Of a DNA stretch of 64,000 nt, positions 21,218-30,516 are shown one piece after another; the stretch's first letter is position 1; each line of letters starts with the position of its first letter. The notes below the pieces were generated by a model, which worked only from the letters and a program-made list of their open reading frames with translations, did no database searches and was not told the DNA's origin. The DNA lies in assembly GCA_963747235.1 (NCBI GenBank), contig CAVVEU010000004.1:64001-128000 (forward strand). Direction: 5' to 3'. A program made the position numbers and the translations under genes. Source of the DNA: an uncultured Candidatus Rokubacteria bacterium (GTDB taxonomy: Bacteria > Methylomirabilota > Methylomirabilia > Rokubacteriales > CSP1-6).

Positions 21218-22456
21218 TCACAGAACTTGCACGGGGGGATGTTGCGATCGTAGGCCGGTCCCTTGAGATACTCGTCCTGCTTGTAGGTCCAGAACTGCGA
21301 GACGTTCGGATAGGTGTGGACGACGGTGTTCTGGAGCTTGCCCGCCCACCCGCTCCACCTTGCGGACGTAGACGTTCTGGATCGGGTTGTTCAGCTCGTC
21401 CATCTTCATGGGGCCGCGCGGGTCGTCGGTGATCGCCACCTGTCGGAGGGCGGCGACGAACTTCTCCTTGTTCTCGGCCTCGCCGTTGATCGCCTTGAGC
21501 GCCTCGTAGTAGAAGCGGGCGCCGGTGTAGCCCTGGGCGGAGTAGAGCGAGGTGCTGCGGCCGAAGCGCTTCTCGTAGGCGGCGGCGAACTTCTTGTTGG
21601 CCGGGGTGTCGAGCGCGGCACTGTAGTGCAGCGAGGTGATCACTCCGATCGCCTCGTCGCCCATGGCCTTGAGCACGTTCTCGTCGGTGAGGGTGCCGAC
21701 ACCGACGAGCGGCATCTTCTCCTTGAGGCCGACGTCGTTCCAGGTCTTGACGAAGCGGGGCGAGAGGCCGCCGGTGTGGCAGGCGAAGACCCCGTCGATG
21801 TCCTTCTTGAGCGACGCGAGGAACGGCGCGTAGTCCTGGATGTTGAGCGGCGTCCAGATCCGCTGCACCACCTTGCCGCCCAGGTCCTCGAACACGCGCT
21901 GGAAGCCCGCGTTGGTCTCCCAGCCGAACGCGTAGTCCATGCTGATCGTCGCCATCCGCCGCAGCTTGAGCTGCTTGTAGGCGTAGTCCCCGAGCGGATG
22001 GGTCATCTGGCTGCCCGAGGCCGAGGTGCGCACGATCCAGCGCACCGGCTTGCGCTGCGTGATGTCGTCGGGCGCGGTGATCGGGTAGACCGTCGGGATC
22101 TTGTTCTGCTCGATGTAGGGCACGAGCGCGTAGCCGGTGGCGGCCAGGAGCCCACCCGCGATCGTGTGCACCTTCTCCTGCTCGACCAGGCGCCGCACCT
22201 TGGTGAGGGCGCCGGTGGGCTCGGGGTCGGAGTCCTCGACGATGACCTTCACCTCGCGGCCCGCGACCTTGTTGCCCACCTCTTCCCAGAAGAGGTTGAA
22301 GCCGTCGGTCATGTCCTTGCCGGTCTGGGAGAAGTTGCCGGTGAGCGGACCGAAGTAGCCGATCTTGATCGGCTCCGCGCCACGGGCCCGGGAAGGCCGG
22401 ACCGCGGCGGCCGCCGCGGCGCCGCTCAGCGCCACCAGGAACTGTCGCCTCTGCAT
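21218..22456 (-). CDS. Branched-chain amino acid-type ABC substrate-binding protein, Tat signal
   Basis: MQRRQFL, IKIGYFGPLTG, DPRGPMKMD; paralog of 18849-20085. Confidence 0.9.
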   Translation of the reverse strand: MQRRQFLVALSGAAAAAAVRPSRARGAEPIKIGYFGPLTGNFSQTGKDMTDGFNLFWEEVGNKVAGREVKVIVEDSDPEPTGALTKVRRLVEQEKVHTIAGGLLAATGYALVPYIEQNKIPTVYPITAPDDITQRKPVRWIVRTSASGSQMTHPLGDYAYKQLKLRRMATISMDYAFGWETNAGFQRVFEDLGGKVVQRIWTPLNIQDYAPFLASLKKDIDGVFACHTGGLSPRFVKTWNDVGLKEKMPLVGVGTLTDENVLKAMGDEAIGVITSLHYSAALDTPANKKFAAAYEKRFGRSTSLYSAQGYTGARFYYEALKAINGEAENKEKFVAALRQVAITDDPRGPMKMDELNNPIQNVYVRKVERVGGQAPEHRRPHLSERLAVLDLQAGRVSQGTGLRSQHPPVQVL

Positions 22457-22556
22457 GGGGACGCCTCCTCTTCGGTGAGGGGAAACGGGTGCTCGCGCCG
22501 CTACACTAGGGATGGCCCTCTCATTTGTCAACCTTCGGACGGTGACTGGCGCGGGC

Positions 22557-22586
22557 TTGACAGGGTTCCGGGCGAGCTAGCACAGT
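22557..22586 (+). promoter_or_regulatory. Sigma-70 promoter, probably leaderless
   Basis: TTGACA-18nt-CACAGT, 7 nt before ATG 22594. Confidence 0.55.
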
Positions 22587-22593
22587 CGGGCCC

Positions 22594-23751
22594 ATGCTCA
22601 ACGCCACCCGCGACCTCGTCCTGCCCACCACCATCACCGGCTCCTATCCGCGCCCCCACTGGTTCACCGAGGAGCTGCGCGGGCGGGGCTTCAAGGACGC
22701 GCTGGGCGATTCCCGCTTCCGCGAGCAGTACCTGGACGCGGTGGCCTGCCTGGTGCGCGAGCAGGAGATGGCCGGGCTCGACTTCGTCACCGACGGCGAC
22801 TCCCGGTTCGACCTCACGGTGGGCGGCAAGTCGTGGTTCTACTACGTGATCGAGCGCCTGAACGGCATCACCGGGGCCCAGGACCGCTCCACCGGCGGCG
22901 GCTGGAAATCGCTCCGGCCCGGCCACATCCTCTACGAGGTGATGGAGGCCTACCAGCCCGCGGTGGTGGGGGCCAAGCTCACGGGCGGCGCGCTCCAGTA
23001 CGCGGCCCTCTTCAAGACCGCCCAGCGGCTCGCGAACAAGCCGGTGAAGTTCGGCGCGATCACCGCCCAGTCGCTCGCCAAGATGCTGGTGGATCGCCAC
23101 TACGGCGGAGACCGCGACGTGATCCTGGCCCTGGCCGACATCTTCAACGCGGAGCTCAAGGAAGTCGCCGCCGCGGGCTGCCGGGTCATCCAGGTGGAGG
23201 AGCCGCAGCACCACATCGCGGGCGCCATCGGCGCCTCCGACAAGGACCTCGAGTTCTACACCGAGTCGGTGAATCGCGAGATCGCGGGGGTGAACACCGA
23301 GATCTGGCTGCACACGTGCTGGGGCAATCCGAACCAGCAGCCGCTGCACTGGGAGCGGCCGTCCTACGAGCGGTCGCTGCCGTATCTGCTGGCCACCAAC
23401 GCCGACGTGCTCACGCTCGAGTGCGCCTCCACCAACGGCCGCGACCTGCCGCTGCTCGGGAAGCACCGCACCGACAAGAAGATCGCCATCGGGGTCGTGA
23501 ACCACTCCACCGCGGCGGTGGAGCCGCCCGAAGTGGTGGCGAACCTGATCCGCAAGGCGCTGGAGTACGTGCCGCCGGAGCGGCTGATCCTCAGCACCGA
23601 CTGCGGCTTCGGCCGGGAAGGGCTGGCGCGCCGCATCGCGTTCTACAAGAGCGTGGCCATCAATCTGGGCGCGAACATCGTGCGCCGCGAGCTGAAGCTG
23701 CCGGAGGTGGAGATTCCCGCCGCCGATCCGCGCTTCACCTTCGCGGGCTGA
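22594..23751 (+). CDS. Cobalamin-independent methionine synthase II family protein (MetE C-terminal half only)
   Basis: TTITGSYPRP, VTDGD, HTCWGN, LECA, STDCGF Zn ligands. Confidence 0.9.
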   Translation: MLNATRDLVLPTTITGSYPRPHWFTEELRGRGFKDALGDSRFREQYLDAVACLVREQEMAGLDFVTDGDSRFDLTVGGKSWFYYVIERLNGITGAQDRSTGGGWKSLRPGHILYEVMEAYQPAVVGAKLTGGALQYAALFKTAQRLANKPVKFGAITAQSLAKMLVDRHYGGDRDVILALADIFNAELKEVAAAGCRVIQVEEPQHHIAGAIGASDKDLEFYTESVNREIAGVNTEIWLHTCWGNPNQQPLHWERPSYERSLPYLLATNADVLTLECASTNGRDLPLLGKHRTDKKIAIGVVNHSTAAVEPPEVVANLIRKALEYVPPERLILSTDCGFGREGLARRIAFYKSVAINLGANIVRRELKLPEVEIPAADPRFTFAG

Positions 23752-23760
23752 CCAACTCTT

Positions 23761-23798
23761 CCCCTCTCCCCTCTGGGGAGAGGGCAGGGTGAGGGGGG
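23761..23798 (-). repeat. REP-like palindrome, copy 2
   Basis: CCCTCTCCCC-TCT-GGGGAGAGGG-CAGGGTGAGGGG. Confidence 0.85.
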
Positions 23799-23802
23799 TT
23801 CT

Positions 23803-24753
23803 ATGCCGACCATCAAGGTGCGAGACCTGGCCTGGGTGAGGCTGCGGGCGCCGGACCTGGACGCGATGGAGGAGTTCCTCACCCACTTCGGCCTCACGCG
23901 CGCCGCGCGCACGCCGAAGGCGCTCTACATGCGCGGGACCGACCCGGTCCACCACCTCCACGTCACCGAGAAGGCGGACGACGCCGGCTTCGTGGGCTTC
24001 GCCTACCACGCGGCGGGCGAGGGCGACCTGGCGCGGGTGGCGACGGCGCCCGGCGCCTCCGCGGTCGAGGCGATCGACGAGCCGGGCGGCGGCCGGCGGG
24101 TCCGCCTGCGCGAGCCCAACGGCTACCAGATCGAGGTGGTGTGGGGCCTCGAGGCGCCGGCGCCGATCCCGGTGGACTACACCCCGATGAACACCGGCGC
24201 GGAGCCCCTGCGGCGCGCGGGGACGCTGATGCGGCTGCGCAAGTCGCCCACCCCGATCAAGCGGATCGGCCACGGGGTCTTCGGCACGCCGCGCGTCGTC
24301 GAGACCGCACGGTGGTTCCGCGACACGCTGGGCTTCATCGGCTCGGACGACGTGTACGTGGGGACCAAGGACCACATCATCGGCTCGTTCAACCGCTGCG
24401 ATCGCGGGGACGAGTACGTGGATCACCACACGATGTTCTGCGTGATGAACGAGCGGGCCGGCATGAACCACGTCTCGTTCGAGGTGCCGGACGTGGACGC
24501 GGTGTTCAAGGACCACGAGTACCTGGCCGGGCTCGGCAAGTACGAGCACATGTGGGGCGTGGGGCGGCATCTCCTGGGCAGCCAGGTCTACGACTACTGG
24601 GCCGACCCGTGGGGCCGTGTGCACGAGCGGTGGGCGGACACCGACCGGCTGAACGCCCGGAGCGGCTCCAATCTCCTGTCCGCGGAAGAGGGGCTGGTGA
24701 GCCAGTGGGGCGAAGATCCACCGGAGCGATTCCTCCGGCACGTGACGACGTAG
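23803..24753 (+). CDS. VOC family extradiol dioxygenase-like protein
   Basis: Two VOC modules, RIGH, DHH, NHVSFEV, WGVGRHLLGSQVYDYW.DPWG..HE. Confidence 0.88.
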   Translation: MPTIKVRDLAWVRLRAPDLDAMEEFLTHFGLTRAARTPKALYMRGTDPVHHLHVTEKADDAGFVGFAYHAAGEGDLARVATAPGASAVEAIDEPGGGRRVRLREPNGYQIEVVWGLEAPAPIPVDYTPMNTGAEPLRRAGTLMRLRKSPTPIKRIGHGVFGTPRVVETARWFRDTLGFIGSDDVYVGTKDHIIGSFNRCDRGDEYVDHHTMFCVMNERAGMNHVSFEVPDVDAVFKDHEYLAGLGKYEHMWGVGRHLLGSQVYDYWADPWGRVHERWADTDRLNARSGSNLLSAEEGLVSQWGEDPPERFLRHVTT

Positions 24754-25112
24754 CGCCGCTCGCGCGGCTGCGGCGCATCTGCCTCGCGCTGCCGGGGACC
24801 GGCGAGAAGGTCTCCCACGGCGAGCCCACGTTCTGGGTGGGCGGGCGCATGTTCGCCACCTTCGACAACCACCACCACGGCGCCCCGCACGTGGGCGTCT
24901 GGCTCGCGATGCCGCTCGGCGCGCAGGAAGCCCTCGTCTACCAGGACCCCAAGCGCTTCTTCGTGCCGCCCTACGTGGGCACCGCGCGGCTGGGTCGGCG
25001 TGCGCCTCGACGGGCGCCCGAGCTGGAAGGGGGTGAGAAGGTAGTCCGCGAAGTCCTACGCCTTCATCAAGAACAAAAACCCTCTCCCCCGGAGGGGGAG
25101 AGGGCAGGGTGA
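24742..25112 (+). CDS. MmcQ/YjbR family protein; frameshifted, ends approximate
   Basis: LRRICLALPG..EK.SHGEPTF.V, RFFVPPYVG..GWVG. Confidence 0.8.
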
Positions 25113-25117
25113 GGGGG
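25080..25117 (-). repeat. REP-like palindrome, copy 3
   Basis: CCCTCTCCCCC-GGA-GGGGGAGAGGG-CAGGGTGAGGGG. Confidence 0.85.
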
Positions 25118-25132
25118 CGCGCAGCCAGCCCG

Positions 25133-25881
25133 CTACGACCAGACCTCCGTCGGGAACGGCAGCCCCTCGAGGTCGGCGTCGGTGAGCGGCGCGTCCTTCT
25201 CCACGCCGCAGCTCGTCGAGGAACCAGTAGATCTGCCGCAGGTGCTGGGCCGAGTGCCACGTCGTGCGCTCCATGAACTCGGGCGCCGACTGCGGGCCGT
25301 AGTAGGTGCTCACCTCGCCGTCGCACCAGCCGGGCCGCGCGAAGTAGGCCCGGAGCCGCTGGCGGACCGTCTCCCCGTAGCGCGCCACCGCGTCGCCGTC
25401 CGCCATCTCGGGCGGCGCGTTCTCCTCGAACCACGCCCCGTCGAGGTTGCCCTGCTCGCGCGTGTCCGCGTACGAGGCGGCGACCCGGAACACGTGGAAG
25501 CCGAGCTGGTGCACGGTCCGATCGCGCCCCGGGTACTTCATGCCGAGGTGCTCGCGCGGCACCTGCCGGATCGCCCGCTGGGTCGCGTCCAGGACGACGT
25601 CCATCCGCTCGGCGAGCTGGGCCGGGCTCAGCTTCTTCGGCGCGCGGTAGCGCACGCCCGACCAGCTCGGCCAGCGCCTGCGGGTTCCAGCCGTGCACGA
25701 TGCGCTCGCCCACGATGGTGGCGGGCACGCGCATCACGCCGAACGCTTCGAGGTCGGCCCGGCGCTCCGGCTGAGCCTCGACGTCGAAGCCCTCGAAGGC
25801 CACTCCCCATGACGAAAGCAACTCTTTCGTCTTGGCGCAGGAGCTTCAGCCCTGGCGGTAGTAGACGCGCGCGCGGTCCAT
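25133..25881 (-). CDS. Predicted selenoprotein: glutaredoxin (UxxC)-DinB fusion
   Basis: MDRARVYYRQG-TGA-SSCAKTKELL...RVPATIVG...HGWN, then a DinB domain with HVF and WHSAQH. TGA at 25846-25848. Indels near 25655 and 25208. Confidence 0.82.
25802..25844 (-). promoter_or_regulatory. Bacterial SECIS-like stem-loop
   Basis: GACGAAAG-AGUUG-CUUUCGUC (25811-25831), extended by CCA/UGG and CUCC/GGAG; loop starts 22 nt after the UGA. Confidence 0.75.
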
Positions 25882-25931
25882 GGCCTTCCCACTATACCCC
25901 GGCCCGCGGTGATCCTGGAAGGCGGGCCGGG

Positions 25932-27292
25932 TCACTCCACGGGCCCGATGCCGCGGCGGCGGAAGATCCGCCTGAGGATGGCCGCGTGCCGCCCTCGGTA
26001 GAGGTTGCGGTCGGCGTCGAGCATGGACCGCGCCCCGCGCGCGAAGGTGGTGAAGCCGTCGAGCTGGAAGTGGCTCTCCACGATGATGCGATCCGCCACG
26101 GGCCGCCCGGTTGCCTTCCAGATGTCCCACAGCGTGGCCGACCAGATCTGGCCGTTGTCGTGCTCGTCGGCCCGCGGGCCGTGGTCGAAGCTCTCGTAGG
26201 TGAGGCGCGAGTCGACCCGCCGGACGCAGGGCGGGTTGCCGTCGCCGAGCGCGCCGTCCCAGCTCATCACCGCCTCGACGTACGGGTCCCGCTTCTTCGC
26301 GGCGAAGAAGCTGGCCGCGAAGTAGTCGCCGAACCCTTCGCCCATCGCGGCCGCCTCCGGTGACTGGCCGAAGTCGGGGCAGATGGCGTCCTGGAGCGCG
26401 TGCCCGAACTCGTGGAGCACGGTCTCGCCGTCCTCCGCGTCGTCCACGTCGCCGGTGCCGAAGGTCAGGGTGCGCTCGCCCGGGCTGTACCACGAGTTGT
26501 CGTCGCGGGTGCCGCGCGCGTCCACCTCGAGAGGCCGCCGGAACAGGCGACGCGCACCCCGGTAGCCGAGCGTCTCGAGGTAGGCGATGGCCTCGTTCAC
26601 GTGGTAGTAGGCCGAGGCCTCCTCGAAGCCGGCGCGGAAGCGCGGCACCGAGAAGTCGAGCCGCGCGCTGCGCAGGCGCTTCGTTGTCAGCCGCGTGGTG
26701 ACCCGCCGGCCGTCCAGTCGGCTGTTGCCACGCAGGCCGGTGAGCTTCACGTCGACGTAAGCGGTCGCCGGCGGGCGCCGCACCCGGTCGGCCTCGTTGA
26801 GCGGCTCGAAGTCATGCGCCCGGGCCATCGGATTCGGCAGGAACACCATCGCGCGCCCCGTCGCCTCGGCGAGGTTGTCGTACCGGCTGAGGATGCTGCC
26901 GGTCACCGCGTGCACGTAGGTGATGACCTCCGAGCGGGGCCTGGTGCGGTGGATCCGCACGCGCCAGGCCGGATGCAGCAGCCGCTTGGCCGGGTACCAG
27001 AGCAGCTCCGGCTTGCCGACCACCCACGCGCGCCCCCGGCCGCGTCCCCCGCCCGCGAACGCCGCCCGCACCGCCGTCTCGCCCGCGAGGCGGGGCTCCT
27101 CGGTCTTGCGGAGCACGTCGTCCGGCACAGCCCGGCTCTTCACCAGGTACACCCGCCGGTCGCCGATGTGCACGGTGACGTAGGCGCGGTGAATGCGGCG
27201 GCGGCGCCAGAGCTGCTGGAGGTGACGTGGCGGCCGGGGCCGGGCGCGGCGCACCCGGCGCGACGACCGCCGGAGCGCGTGACGCGCCGCAT
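25932..27292 (-). CDS. M36/M4-type zinc metallopeptidase; N-terminus frameshifted
   Basis: SAYYH, DNSWYSP, ETVLHEFGH, AMGEGFGDYFA, DEHDNGQIW. Confidence 0.85.
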
Positions 27293-27305
27293 GGTCCGGG
27301 TCGCC

Positions 27306-28881
27306 TCAGGACCGGGCGAGCCCGAACGCCTCCGCGTAGCGCCGCCACGCGTCCAGGTGGCTGCCGTACTTGCGGTGCCCCGCGGTGTGCTTGGCGGAGG
27401 CGAAGAGCAGGCGGTCGCGCTCCTCCGCGGTCGAGTGGCCGTAGTCGTCGAGCAGGCAGATGCCCAGCTCCTGGTTGTGCGGGTCGTTGCCCGCCTTGGC
27501 CGCGCCCACCGCGAGGGTCTGCAGCAGCGGCGCGCGGTCCGCGCCGTCGCGGAGGTAGGCGGCGACCCAGTCCATGGCCTCGAAGGCGCGCAGGCCGTCG
27601 AGCGCGCTGTCGAGACGCTTGAGCACTTCCGACGAGGTCAGCGCCGTCGGAGCCCTTGGGCGGCGCGATCTTCACCGGGTTGTTGTCCGGGGTGTGCTTC
27701 TGGTGATGCGCCGCGCGGGTGACGAAGGCGGCGGCCACGAAGAGGAGCTTGAGGCGGTGCGGGTGCTGGAACGTGTCGAAGAACCAGCGCACCGTGTTGC
27801 AGTACTCGTAGCTGTGCTGCGGCATCGAGTAGCCGTTGACGTCGCCCGTCTCGATGATGAGCTGCGCGGAGGCGAGCTGGATCGTGTCGATGATCTGGCG
27901 ATGACCCCGCCCGGCCTTGAGCAGCGCCACGAGCAGGTCGATGAAGGCCGGCTCCTGGCCGCTCAGGATCGCCTGCTGCAGCGCGAGCGACTCGACGGGG
28001 GTGAGCGCCGTGTCGTTGGCGAGCAGCTCGCGATCGCGATTGTCGAGCAGGTTCTGGACCACCAGGCAGCCCATCTCGTAGGTCGAGTACCAGCGGGGCC
28101 CCACCGCGATGTCGGGCACGCCCGCGTACAGGATCGAGTGCGCGTGCTGCCAGCCCACCGCGCGGGCCACCTCCACGGTGGCGCGGGCACGGTAGGACTT
28201 GTGCCCGGTGGTGTAGGAGCGGTTGTGCAGCACGCGGTCCTGCACGTCGATGAGGCCGGCGAACACGAGCTGGGCGAGCAGCGGGGTGCGCTTCGCCTCG
28301 TCGTCCACCGCCTCCTCCCACAGGCCCAGGAAGACGCGATAGGCGTTGATGACCTCGCCGCGCTGCACGAGCGTGAGCCACGTGTTGAGCCGCTCCGGCC
28401 ACGTGCCCTCGATGGCCAGCGGCTCCTGGTCCGGCCAGTGCACCTCGGGCAGGGGCGGCTTGCCCTCGAACTTGATCTCGTAGAGCCGCACGTAGTGCCC
28501 CGGCATCTTGCCGATGAGCTGGTTCCACGGATCGAGGCCCGTCGGCATGTACCAGATGGTCTGGGCGTAGGGCAGGTAGGCCAGCTCGGGCGGCATCAGC
28601 GGCATCAGGTCGAGGCTCGCGCGCGAGCTCAGCAGGCAGTGGTCGTTGTTGACGAACCGCGGCACGCCGTCGTCGAGGCGCTGGTGGTACGGCACGTGCG
28701 TGTAGGGCGCGTGGATGCGCACGATCTGGCCGGCCAGCTCGGCGAGCGGGACCTGCGCCCGCACCAGGTCGTAGAAGATGTCGCTGGCCGCCTTCTGATC
28801 CCGCTCGAGGATCTTGTTCTCGAGCCGCGCATAGGCAGTGCTGATCTCGGGACGCACGGACCGGTCGACGGAGGTGGCCAT
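27306..28881 (-). CDS. Hypothetical helical protein (~520 aa) with repeated His motifs; frameshift near 27640
   Basis: Long high-GC3 ORF, AAAGGAG RBS, NNDHC, TGHKSY, PQHSYE, DPHNQE. Confidence 0.8.
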
Positions 28882-28988
28882 GGCGACGCTCCTTTGCGAG
28901 TTGCCGAGAATGTGTCACGCCCCGGCGGGGCCTGTCAAATGGCGCCGGGCTTGGCGACGGGCCCGCGGTCTGCTAGGCTCCGGCCGAC

Positions 28989-30119
28989 ATGGCGACCGCG
29001 ATCGCGCCGAGCGTGCAGGGCATCAAGCAGGTCGCCTGGCTCGACTGCCCGGGCGGCGGCCAGGTCTCGGTGGACGGGACCACCGCCTACATCGCCCACA
29101 TGAAGGCGCCCCACGGCACCAGCATCGTGGACGTGAGCGACCCGGCCCGGCCCCGCACGCTGGCCACCGTCGAGGTGCCGCCCCAGACCCACTCGCACAA
29201 GGTGCGCGTGGCCAACGGGCTCATGCTGGTGAACCGCGAGGCCCAGCCCGCGCATCAGCCCCCGGCCGGGGTCGGCGGCGGCCTCGTGATCTACGACGTC
29301 TCCGACCCGAGCCGGCCGCGCGAGATCACGTTCTGGAAGTGCGGCGGCGCCGGCGTGCACCGCTTCACCTTCGACGGGCGCTACGCCTACATCTCCCCCG
29401 AGATGGACGGCTACGTCGGCAACATCGTGATGATCCTCGACCTGCACGATCCGGCGAAGCCGAAGGAAGTCGGGCGCTGGTGGATGCCGGGGCAGTGGAC
29501 CGGGGGCGGGGAGACGCCGGCCTGGTCGGGGCGCCACCACCGCTGCCACCACCCGATCCGCTCGGGCAACCGGCTCTACGTGAGCTACTGGCACGGCGGC
29601 TTCGTGATCCTCGACATCGAGGACATGAGCAAGCCGCGCTTCGTCTCCGGGCTCGACTGGAGCCCGCCCTACATCACGCCGACCCACACCGCGCTGCCGC
29701 TGCCGTTCCCGCTCCACGGCCGCCGGATCATGCTGGCCGCCGACGAGGACGTGGCCAAGACCGCGCCGGGGCCGCCGTCGTTCCTCTGGCTGGTGGACAT
29801 CACCGACGAGCGCCACCCGGTGCCGATCTCGACCTTCCAGGTGCCGGGGGTGAACGGCGACCCGCAGCCCGAATTCACCGGCTGCCACCAGCCCTGCGAG
29901 CGGGTGACGGGCACCGAGATCCCGGTGGCCTGGTTCGCCCATGGGCTGCGCATCGTGGACGTCGCCAACCCCCATGCCCCCCGCGAGGTCGCCCACTTCC
30001 TGCCCGAGCCCCCCACGGGCCACGCCCGTGTCTCCAGCAACGACGTCGAGGTGGACGGCCGGGGGCTCTTCTACGTGATCGACCGGGGCCGAGGTTTGCA
30101 CATCCTGGAGCGGACTTAG
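28989..30119 (+). CDS. LVIVD-repeat beta-propeller protein
   Basis: TSIVDVSDP, LVIYDVSDP, ILDIED, LRIVDVANP. Confidence 0.88.
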   Translation: MATAIAPSVQGIKQVAWLDCPGGGQVSVDGTTAYIAHMKAPHGTSIVDVSDPARPRTLATVEVPPQTHSHKVRVANGLMLVNREAQPAHQPPAGVGGGLVIYDVSDPSRPREITFWKCGGAGVHRFTFDGRYAYISPEMDGYVGNIVMILDLHDPAKPKEVGRWWMPGQWTGGGETPAWSGRHHRCHHPIRSGNRLYVSYWHGGFVILDIEDMSKPRFVSGLDWSPPYITPTHTALPLPFPLHGRRIMLAADEDVAKTAPGPPSFLWLVDITDERHPVPISTFQVPGVNGDPQPEFTGCHQPCERVTGTEIPVAWFAHGLRIVDVANPHAPREVAHFLPEPPTGHARVSSNDVEVDGRGLFYVIDRGRGLHILERT

Positions 30120-30168
30120 CCAGCACCCGCCCCGTTTCACATCCGCCCCTGGTCGGTGTCTCAGGGGC

Positions 30169-30516
30169 ATGAACAGCCAAGCGAATCCCCGCCCCACGAT
30201 CGCGCGCATCTGGCGCGGGTGCACGACCGCCGCCCGGGCCGACGAGTACGCGCGGTACCTCTACGAGCACGGCATCCGGCCGCTCGAGGCGAAGGCCCTC
30301 GGTGTCCAGCTGCTCCGCGAGGACCGCGCGACCGAGAGCGAGTTCGTGACGATCTCCTACTGGGAGAGCGTCGACGCGATGTCGCGCTTCGCCGGCCCGG
30401 ACCCGCGGCGCATCCACCACCTGGAGCGGGATCCCGAGTTCCTCATCGAGCTGCCCCGCTCAGTCCAGGTCCTCGACATCGTCGCGGCCAGCGGCCGGAC
30501 CGGAGGTGACACATGA
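30169..30516 (+). CDS. Antibiotic biosynthesis monooxygenase-like (dimeric alpha-beta barrel) protein
   Basis: IARIWRG, EFVTISYWES..AM.RFAG. Confidence 0.75.
   Translation: MNSQANPRPTIARIWRGCTTAARADEYARYLYEHGIRPLEAKALGVQLLREDRATESEFVTISYWESVDAMSRFAGPDPRRIHHLERDPEFLIELPRSVQVLDIVAASGRTGGDT

Noticed and set aside
22528-25821. 1097-aa minus-strand ORF and similar long Arg/Gly/Ala-rich ORFs
   Set aside because: These are shadow frames of real high-GC genes. Only its first ~55 aa belong to the glutaredoxin domain.
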